Both the position numbers and the translations under genes were made by a program. A stretch of 64,000 nt of DNA from the human T2T-CHM13v2.0 reference genome, Homo sapiens, in NCBI RefSeq assembly GCF_009914755.1, contig NC_060926.1; one strand, 5' to 3'. How positions within the stretch are numbered: position 1 is the first letter of the stretch; every line of letters starts with the position of its first letter. Shown piece by piece: positions 53,358 to 64,000 of the stretch. Under the pieces are notes generated by a model, which did no database searches, was not told where the DNA came from, and worked only from the letters and a program-made list of their open reading frames with translations.

Positions 53358-54669
53358 TTTTGGTCCCTTTTAATTAGATTAATTTTACCTCTAAACCTTA
53401 ACACCAAAACTCAATTAACCTTTTTAAGACATAATTTTCAGTGCATGTTTTACTGCTAAATTTCCTCAGCCAGAGACCGTAGATAATATACCATTTTTTA
53501 AATTTCACGAGAGAGATAGCTCTATTGACAAAGCTGTATGAATTTAATATAGTTCCAAGGCTGGTACTTTCCTGACTTGGCTCATTCTCTTACAAATCTA
53601 AGCATGTTGTAGAGAGTAGGCTTCTCCTGCCTCTGTTGTCTACAGTGAATATTTATGGAGATAAACTTCCAAACTTTTCTTTGATTCTTCTTCTGACTTT
53701 CGATTTTCCCTCATGTCAACCTATGTGCTTTTCTATCTGGCCTTTCTCCTTCAGACTGACTGAATGACATTTAATCACATCTTTCTCTTTTCTGCGAGGT
53801 CTCCACAGATTGATGGCTACATAACCATAGCCCTAATTTTGCAGGGCTACACAAACACCCTCATCTATATCCTGCTCTTATAGACAACCCAAAAGCAAGG
53901 GTACTTGAAAACAGTCATTAAAGATTGCAGGCATGGAGCTAGGGACAAGGCACAAAATGGCAAATGAAGCATCATTTCATTTATATATTAACATGAGTGG
54001 GTCTAAAATGTAGCTTCTTTGTAATATGTGAGATTGTGATCTCATCTTCCATGACTGCGTGCCTTGATTCTAACAACATATATCATCTTCCAATACCTGC
54101 ACTCATTTTTAAGAAAACAAGTTTTATTTTATCCCAGTGGCGTACTAGCTAGTAAACTCTGAAGTCATTTTCTTCTACTCTATGATTAAGCACCGAAGTG
54201 TCTGGATGAAGTGGAACCCTTCAACTTTGCTGGCATTCTTAGATGGAAGCTTTACACATTTAAAACACTGAGCTTCTCAGTCCACTGATTGGTGCTGCTT
54301 GGATCACCAGTCCTTGGCGAGATCCAGTCCTATTTCCTAACACTGGGCATTATGTTTTTTCTGCATCCTATCCTTCTATTTAGATTGGGCATCCTTTAAA
54401 CTGGGATCTTGCTATGTTCCTTGTTACTTGTTATTCTTCAACTCTCTGTTGTGGAGGAGCTGACAATTGTGCCTTTTATTATTATTTTAATTCTGTAATA
54501 AGCCCAATGATATAAATACATTCTCCAATTCTGTGGTTTGCTTTTTCACTCTGTTGATGATGTCACTGATTTTTCCCTAGTTCTTTGAATAGCTAGCATT
54601 TGTAAATCTTGTGGGTCTCATTTTAGACATAAAGTTCTCAGAAGAACCTTCTTAGATTACTTTGTTTAG

Positions 54670-54975
54670 GACTGTGTCAATGAAGCATTTTAAGCAAAGG
54701 CACAATATGATGAGATTTACATTTTGAGAGGATCATTCATGCTTTTGTCTTAATGAAAGATACAGGAGAAAGGTTAGCATTTTATTGAACAATTCTGAAG
54801 ATATCTTGGTTGATTATGGCTTAAGATCATGGCAGCAGAGGTAAAAAGAAGTCCATGGATCCTAGATATATTTAATAAAGAAATTTGAGAGTTGATGCCT
54901 TAAATGTAAGAGATTGAGAGAGGGTGGTTCTATGCTTGCCCCATGGATTTCTAGTTTCAGTAAGCATCTGGATAG
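54670..54975 (-). mobile_element. L2 fragment
   Basis: ttttaagcaaagg..atgatgagatttacattttgagaggatcatt. Confidence 0.6.
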
Positions 54976-55038
54976 ATAATACAATACAATGCAATACAAT
55001 ACAATCGCTTGTATGACTAGGACTGAGTACACAGTAGG

Positions 55039-55274
55039 ATCTCAGCTCACTGCAACCTCCACCTCCTGGGTTCAAGCGATTCTCCTGGCTCAGCCTCTGG
55101 AGGATCTGGGATTACAAGGCATGCACCACCATGCCCAGCTAATTTTTTGTATTTTTAGTAGAGACAGGGTTTTACCACGTTGGCCAGGCTGGTCTCGAAC
55201 TCCTGACTTCGTGATCCACCCACCTTGGTCTCCCAAAGTGCTGGGATTACAGGCATAAGCCACGAAGCCCAGTC
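55039..55274 (-). mobile_element. AluSg-like lacking its 3' ~45 nt and tail, inserted in an L2 3' end
   Basis: Begins at gatctcagctcactgc; flanking repeat acagtagg at 55031-55038 and 55276-55283. Confidence 0.88.
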
Positions 55275-57659
55275 AACAGTAGGTTTTTAATATAATATTT
55301 ATTTAAGTGAGTGAATGGATGGATGAATAAACCAGTTCTGATCAGAAGGATAAATGAAGATTTCATGGGGTAATTTCGTTGTTTTGAATAAGACTTCTAG
55401 GTCTTGAAGCAGGGGTAGGATTTAGACAGGTACGGGTCAAGTAACAAATACACATGCCCTGAATTCCTGAGTGAATGAATGGTAAAAGCGAATGCAGAAA
55501 TTCCAGGTGGACAGAAGAGTTTGAGTAATACCCAAGAAGCAACATGGTACAGAATCTGTTTGGCAACTGTGAAGAGTTTACTTTCGCTGAAGCCTAGGGT
55601 AATGGGAGGGAGTGGTAGAAAACCAAAGTGCCCATGTAGCAAGCTCAGCACTTTGACTTTGGGTGTGTTAAATGAAGGGGTTATGACATTATCAAGATTT
55701 CTGTTTTCTATAAGATTTAATATTCCTGGTTGATGAGATTTGATGATGATAGAATACTGGAGTAATCATAAAGTCACATGTTTGCAGAGACAAGTAGTCT
55801 ATTGAGTTCTCACTTAGCACTCTCTGGAAGAACATACCTAACATTTTTGTTTTTCCTAAAGGGATGTCTTACTTTCCAAGTTAGCTACTCAATCTAATAT
55901 GAAACATATTTAGAGGAGGAGGAGGAGGAAGAGAGATATAGTGGTGTGTAATCACTGGTCAGAATGAAGTGCTCAGGTTTCAGCTAGTGGTGCTTATATG
56001 ATAACTTGCATTTTAAATTCTGCCCAAAGCATCGGAAACCAGATTCCTTGTAGTTACCACAAGACATAGCATCCAGGAGTCTCCTAAAAAATTCTAATAG
56101 CCTTAAATAATAGGAACATTTAATTCATGTATTGTTGGTACTGTTAAAACATTTGATAATATGCATTATGTATTTTTGTATTTCAGATTAAATAATCAAG
56201 TCATTATTGTGAATTTGGATCTAAATGACCTGGCAGAAACCATGGAGATGATCTTGGTAAACTCACCTAATTTTTAAAATGCCTCACAGAGTTTAATTTT
56301 GCCCTTTTGTGTCATGGTAAATGAGAGGCTCTCTTGCCTCCACTTCATTCCAAACTCATGTCCCATGATCTGCAAGGAATGTTTTCTCTTTATTTGCAAG
56401 GATACTGCTCAAGCTTCTATTTATGAGCCCCTGAACAATAGAATAGACAGCCCCACTGAGACTCTTTTGCCTTTGTGTGGTACAAAGGGACCTCCCTCTA
56501 GGAGAAGACAAAAATAATTTAAGTCTATAACTCATTTTAAAAAATCAAAACAAAGCAAACAAAACAGAAAAACCCCAGCATTCAATTATTTCTGCTTTCT
56601 ATTGGAACTGGAGATCCTCCTTTTTAACTGAATTAGCATATTCCTGACCTCAGGAACTGCAGCTATTATGAAATTTATAATCTGTTTATATACCTAACAT
56701 AGTATTCTTATTCTTAAATAAGTTCCTAAGTAAATATTTGTGAAATGATATTTCCCTTAATTCATTCTTATTGTGCAGTTAATGAGATTATTTGTCATTG
56801 GATATTGACTATAAAATCAGTGTTGAAAGCCTTTACTAATTATTTATACTAATGTATCATTTAATGTTTATTCTAGCTTCCTATGCAGACAGCCTAGTTA
56901 GGTCTGATTATGTCCATGGGCCTATCTCTATAGAACAGGCAGAGACATTAATGCTAAATAAAGTACAATGAAGAAAAGTAATTTTTTTTGCATGTTAGTT
57001 CTTTGTTTTGCACTTTGTTTCATTGAATTGTAACAGAAAGAGCTTGAAGAGATGAGCTAAAATAAAGGTAGGCAATTCAAAGATATTTTGATTGGAATTG
57101 CTGGGTAAGTGAGTGGAGAGAAAAATGTTGGAATACCTGAGCATTCTCTCTCAGTGGCCTAGTTGAACCCCAGGGAACATTTTGTTCTGAGGGTGATTTA
57201 AAGACACTGATAAATAAGAAGGCATCCTGTTAAGCTAGTTAAAGCTAGACTGAATAAGATAGGTTAGTCTGGTACTAATTTGGGATAGTTGAGTAGCAAT
57301 GGTGAGCCTGATAAGGCAGGGTGGCTCTCAGTACTCACTCAGCCATTGGTACCAAAGGAAAATCAAAGGCTGCAAAAATGCCATGTTATTAAATATGTTT
57401 TAGGATGTCTGAAGACTCATCACAGCCACCTAAGCCCATAAACTATTAAACATGACATCTATGCTATTTATTAACACAGGAAAAAGGTACACTTTTTTTT
57501 TTAATGCACAGACATTACATGGAGACATATATTTTTCCAAACCAGTGCTTATCTTGAGAGAGTTAAGAACTGTCGACAAACTACTCTAATGAGGCTGTTT
57601 TCTGAGGGAAAGCAAGCTCAGTAAATCACTCTGCTTTTCTTTGGTCTTTTCGTCCTGCA

Positions 57660-57745
57660 TGTAAAATTTTAACCACATCTGACAGAGGAAGTGAATCTCT
57701 GGGCCAAAATACTCAACAAATGTCTTATCCACAGATAGAGGTAAA
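57660..57745. promoter_or_regulatory. Candidate haematopoietic enhancer motif cluster
   Basis: RUNX aaccaca, E-box catctg, PU.1 agaggaagtg, GATA cttatc and agatag within 70 bp of unique DNA. Confidence 0.35.
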
Positions 57746-60616
57746 TGGCAACTACAGCTCGTCAGTGACAGCATTAGTCATTGTGATTTGTTTTTAACTG
57801 GTTACAGAGTGAAATAACACTGGTAAGTTCTGGAAGGTGCTTCATAGTGTTCCAAAGTGTGTCATCCCTGTGCTTATGCATTTGTATCAAGGATTTAAAG
57901 AGGAAAAACTCAAAGCAATGTATTCTGATCAAGAAATGGCAGGAAATGGCAGCTACCTGATATGGAACAATCAACAACTGAAGGTTTATTTTGAATGAGA
58001 GGTGTTGTCCAACTGCGAGACGGAGTGATTGAAGCTGAGAATAAATGGAAACACAATCAATAGTCACTCCAGGTATGCAGTTATTGAGAGCTGTCTTGAA
58101 AGTTTCATGTCTCTTCTCTTTTTGCAGCCACGTTTACACTGCATCCACAGATTGCGATACTGTTTATGAAGGAGAGAAAAAGTCCTTCTGTTTATTCTTA
58201 TTCTTGTTCTTAATAAAAACTTCTGAGCTATTATGCTTTGAAATTACATCGATAAAGTGGCGCTCTGAGAATAAAAGATTCAATATATTACAATTGAGAA
58301 TAAAAGATTCAATATATTGCAAAGTCAACTTGTATATTGGACAGATAAGCATACCTCCTGATTATTGTTTAATACACATTTCCTCTATGGTCAGTCGTCA
58401 ATGTTTATATTCGTTGTTTTCTCTTTTCTGTAGTTGTGTGGTTATGGGTAAAGTCATTGTATTCTTCCTGGTCCCTACCAATGTAGTTATTTTATTGATA
58501 TAGACATTAGGAACTACTCAATAAATATTTGTTGTAGGACAAACTATAATTGCAATGTGTCATATTTGGATAATACTTTACAGTTTGCAAAGCACTTTAG
58601 CATACCTTATTAAGTTAAACCACACTGTCACAAAATGAACTGTTGAAAATGTGTGCTTTTTAAGTCTCCTTATAGTCATACCTCATATGTCACACACAAA
58701 TATCATAGACACAGAAAGACAGACAGACAAATAACTACATAAGCAGTATTCCCCAAACTCATATTTTGTGCTTCATTTAGGATTTCTTACCAGTATAATT
58801 TTCATTTGGAAAACCTTCCCTCCTCTTTATGTTACAAAAAAGACCTCTTGGTGATTCAGAAATAGTTTTTTTTTTTTCTTTTTCTGTTTCGGTTCCTATA
58901 ACTATGTAAGACACTGATGAGGCCCATCACAACATGGAGTACAACTGTAAATAAGATGAAGTTCTTGACCTCTGGGAGATTAACATCCACTTATTTTCTT
59001 CACGCAATCCTCCCCAACTAGCAGTCTCACTAGACAATGCCATTTTTTAAGCACTTATTTTAGAACCTTGGGAGGCAAGCTGGAGCCTGGGAAGCCTTTA
59101 CACTTGTTAGAACTCTTCTATGCTTAGATGTAAGGCTCTTTTTCATCTGGTTGCTTTTATAATGTAAAAAGCGAGCAAATTATTCAGAGCACAATCAGTG
59201 AGTCCAGAGTATTGAAACACTCCTCTTAACAACAATGTCACGTTACTTTATTTGTTCATGAAGCACTTGAAAAATGAGAAAGAACAGCAGGTCTTTAAGA
59301 GAGAACAGAGAAAGAGTTGGCCTCGAGTGTTTTATTACCAAAAGAGGGTGTTAACATGCATGGAAATGTCAAATCACTACTAAAAAAAAAAAAAATCAAT
59401 GAATGACATATCCAGTTGCAGCTCACTCAACCCTGATTTAACAATCATTTGAGCTCTTACAAGGGAATGATTCTGAAGAATAAAATGTATTTCAGTTTCA
59501 CCTGCTGAGTATTAATGCATTTGAAACATTGGAGGAAGACGTCAAAAGAAAATGGAATATCTTTACTACCACCTACATTCTCTCAAACATAAAAATATAA
59601 TGTAGTTGTATGAAAGTAAGTTCTATAGAACACTACTTTTATTAAAATGTGTGTAATCCTGTAGGCTTGAAAAGTGTCAGATATTGCCATAAGATAAACT
59701 GATAATATCACTGCTTGGTATTCATACAGCATTTTTCTTTTCAGAACCCCGAAGCAATTTATGGGTCTAACTTAGTCTTCATGTGTAGACATTTGGAATC
59801 TTAGCCAGTGTGCTTTAACAAACCAAGAAACCTGGAAAGTGATCAGGTCTCACTGTAGGTGAAGTTTTTAGCCATTTGACGCATTTCAATTTCTTATTGT
59901 GAGCCTGAAAAACAACAGGGAAATGGTCCCTAAACCTACAGAAATGAGGCACCTGAGCAGTGTCTCCACGAAGTGTTGCTACATGTGTCTAGGGACACCA
60001 TTAAAAGCCCCAGCCCTGCCATTTCTATACACTATTGAATGCTCTCAGTAACAGATTAAAGGGGATGACTTTAACTCAATCACTTCGTTGAAAGGTCCAG
60101 TGACTTTTACTCAGAAATGGCAGAGGGTTTATTCCAAAGTAACATCTGGTGAAGAGACTGCATAAGACTCTCTGGCATTATAGAAATATTTTATTTAACA
60201 ATATTCTATTGAAGTATTTATATTTCACATCAAGATTTTTGTTTTAGGGATGATATACCATAAAAAGTACAATGGAGTTCTTATGATATTAGGATTTATG
60301 CAAGATAAGGCACATTGTTGCCACAGGGGTCAGTAAATAAATAGTCCTAATCTGAGGCACTAGTTCCCGCTGCCAAGACATGGGAGGCAGAAGGTGGTTC
60401 CCACAGATGGTTTTCTCCAGATAAAAATACGGTGCAGTTTCTATTTGAGGGCAATTTTTAAAAATTCTCAGTAATTTGACCCAAAAGAAACATACCCTAT
60501 CATTTTCTGAACAATTGAGCAGTGAACCCCCTTCTAATATTTTGAGATTATATTTGTATGCAGTATTAATTATGCTCATGCTCTGTCATGTCAATGGTGT
60601 TGTTGCAACTGCAGTT

Positions 60617-60824
60617 ATTTTTTTTTCTTTTGAGACAGGGTTTTTCTCTGTTGCCCAGGATGGAGTACAGTGGCAAGATCACAGCAGCCTCAACCTGCCA
60701 GGCTTATGCGATTCTCTCACCTCAATCTCCCAGTAGCTGGGGCTACAGGCACATGCCACAATGCCTGGTTAATTTAAAAAAAAAAAAAATTGTAAAGACA
60801 GGGTGTCGCTAGGTTGCCCAGGCT
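60617..60824 (-). mobile_element. 5'-truncated AluJ
   Basis: gagacaggg..gcagcctcaacct; stops at ttgcccaggct; tgcag flanks both sides. Confidence 0.85.
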
Positions 60825-61114
60825 TGCAGCTTTTGTAAAAATTGTTTTTTCACATGGTCTTAAGAAAGAAATTACTTGTGAAGATTCATGTATCACAGAC
60901 TCAAATTACTTTTTAACAACATACAATATATACTTCATACATTGAAGGTAACTTTAAAAAAGTTGTTTTGGTTTGTGAAGCATTACTCCAAATTATTGTT
61001 ATCAACTTGAATTGTATTAATACAGCTTTTATCATCTCTAGTAAGGAAATTCAAAGCATTACATCTCTCCTAATGTTCATTATTAAATCATATGTCAACA
61101 TAAATATAATTGGC

Positions 61115-61320
61115 CCTTACATTTGTAGGATGCTGTATAGTTTGCAAAGTGATTTTACCACCAATAATTTTGCCTGACTTACTTCACAACCCTGTGAGAT
61201 AGGCAGGGCTAGTAATTACTTACTAGTCTCCATGTGTATGAGGAGATTAAGGATCAAAAAGGCTAAAATGCCTGCTTAAAGCCAAATAGATAATAAGTAT
61301 ATAATTGAATACTAGGCCCC
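61115..61320 (-). mobile_element. MIR
   Basis: gtttgcaaagtgatttt..cttcacaaccctgtgagataggcagg..atgaggagattaagg. Confidence 0.7.
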
Positions 61321-61835
61321 ACAATGAAAATACTCTCCCTACTGTGGTATTAGGAAAATGACATACTACTCATGCAATTACTCTTATAAACTCTATCATT
61401 GTATCATAAAGGCTTTTGGATTTAATTCTATGACAACACCAAAGCATCATCCAAATTACTGTCTGAAATTTCTGTTGAACTAAATAGTTAAGTAAAATGA
61501 TCCATTGACTAGGGTTGAGTATCGTCATGATCCAGTAAAGGGTATTCATTTTAATAAGATTTCATACGCATCAAAAAGAATTAATTTTGAGTTTATTTTA
61601 AATTCTGACCAAAGCAAGTTTTATTTTTCCACTTAAAAGCTAAGTTTCCTTCTTTTATTTTTCCTCCAATCACCTCTTGTAGCTTACCAGCCTTAGTAAG
61701 CTTATCATTGCACTCTACCTGCCTTTTTGCATTACTTTGATTAATGTAAAGGTAGCATATCCAGGTTTTTTAAAAAATATTATTATTACTTCTCTTGCTG
61801 CCTTCTTTTAAGATATATATATATATATACTTTAA

Positions 61836-62434
<599 letters not shown>

Positions 62435-62639
62435 GGTATATTCTCTGTATAGAATACTCACTGGGCTGTTTCCAATTTTAAATAAGTATAGTTTATTAAG
62501 GAATCAGTTCTAAAGTGCAAGCATGTTGATCAACTCTGCTACAGGAGTTCTAAAGTACATGTTTTCCCTTTCTTAAATACCATTCTTCATCATGCAGGCT
62601 CTTTCCTCTTTGAATATCATTGATAAAAGCTGTCACTTG

Positions 62640-62860
62640 ACTTAAAAAGAAGCTCATTTTTGTCACTGCCGTCCTATGAGAAACTTCTGTCTGGTACCAC
62701 TGCCCAGATCTCTAAAGCTAAATGTTTCATGTCTCTACTCAGCTTCCTCATTGTCTTACCCTTTATTCCTATAAACCACCCTATGACTTTCCACAATTTT
62801 TATTTTCTGCTTAGAGTCTGCTTCTGACACTGCAGCCAAAGAACACTGCTTGCTACAGAA
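62640..62860 (+). mobile_element. L2 fragment
   Basis: cttctgacactgcagccaaag. Confidence 0.4.
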
Positions 62861-63747
62861 GAGTAAAAAAAAAAAAAAAAAAAAAAAGTGTTATAATTGG
62901 TTGGTACTGTTACCCCATTTGAGTCAAGCATTGTTTATTACAACACTATTATATTTTCTTCAAATTGCTATACATTGTTTACTGAGATATTATACATTTT
63001 GCTTGATTTCACGTATTTTTCCTGGGCTGTGTTTATCCCCCCTTTTTTGGCCAAATGAATTACATGCACTTAAAAAGCTTCCTATGATCTGTATTTGTAC
63101 CAGTGGTTCGCAAACCGCATCAGACTCACCTAGGTTTGGGACTCACTCATTTAAATAACACATCACTCACCACCAGGCTTATTTATGACAGAAAGTGAAG
63201 TGCGGGTTGCCAGGTAATTTCTCTAGATCAAGGACAAAAGTCACTTAGCCTTTTCTCCAGTCTAGAAATCTGTTTGCTCTGCTAATTGAACTACCCTAAT
63301 AAAATCAATAATGTCTCTTATCTTCAGTGAGGTAGGAAAGAAAGCCATTCCGAAGTGGCAGAGAAGCTGCTTTTTCCTCCTGCATGCTGCCTGCTAGTGT
63401 GGATCTTGGCATAACAGACACTACTTGGCAAAAGGTAAGTGTACCAAAGTAAAAACCATATTCTTGGTGAGTTCATTCATTCCTAATAAAGACTTAGGTC
63501 TCTTTTCCTGCAAATATTGTCACTGAGTGAGTGTGAAGAGGTGCCTTCTTATTTTTGGAAATCATGGGGAGTGGGATTAGTGAGCAAGAGGTGAGAATGG
63601 GTGACTATCACCACTCTTGTCGCTAAGGGCTAGACTGGTTCATCTCTGCCTCTTCTGTGCATGTAAATAAACACAGTTCCCTGGGAGCCTATGTTAGTTC
63701 AGGGCCAAAAAATTAATATGCCACAATTGTATATACTCTTTATTAAT

Positions 63748-63748
<1 letters not shown>

Positions 63749-63783
<35 letters not shown>
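63749..63783. repeat. (TA)n microsatellite
   Basis: Direct read. Confidence 0.9.
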
Positions 63784-64000
63784 ACCTTTTTTTATTTCTT
63801 AACATGTTAAAGGAAAGAAGATGAGAACTTACGGAAAAATAATTAAGTTGAAATGTCCTTATTTTATCTAATTCAGCCTGCTCCTCTTCCTCTACTCCCA
63901 TATCAGTTATTATCATAACCACTTACACAATCACTCAGGTTTGGAACCAACCTATCCAACTGGTCTCTGGGCCTTCTGCCTGGAGGTCCTCCTTGCTCCT

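Noticed and set aside
58045-58503. 152-aa ORF
   Set aside because: Low-complexity F/L/I/C composition from T-rich DNA, ends in an L2 tail, no recognisable domain

Overview
AT-rich, CpG-poor primate (human-like) genomic DNA, most likely intergenic or deep intronic. No host protein-coding gene, intact RNA gene, CpG island or CRISPR array is supportable. Nearly all ORFs in the track are Alu/L1-derived or chance ORFs; the only clearly protein-like ones are broken L1 ORF2 fragments. Much of the window is recognisable interspersed repeat: Alu J/S/Y and FLAM, L1PA/PB/MA/M, L2, L3/CR1, MIR, MaLR solo LTRs (MLT1A0, THE1C, MLT1I-L) and hAT MITEs. I do not see a convincing new biological system. The notable content is a dense fossil record of retrotransposition and repair: (i) a tailless 5'-half tRNA-Gly(TCC) retrocopy with an 11-bp TSD; (ii) all five sizeable L1PA copies carry 5' inversions, four within about 10 kb, one only about 9-19 nt long; (iii) a 17-nt L1 insertion with a perfect 16-bp TSD; (iv) three templated-insertion scars resembling Pol theta end joining; (v) a 3'-truncated Alu and two TSD-less insertions suggesting deletions. 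Lower-confidence candidates are a RUNX/E-box/PU.1/GATA motif cluster, a CpG-retaining unique block, possible non-coding exons and a HEAT/ARM-like peptide. Subfamily calls come from remembered consensus sequences, and boundaries of old repeats are approximate.
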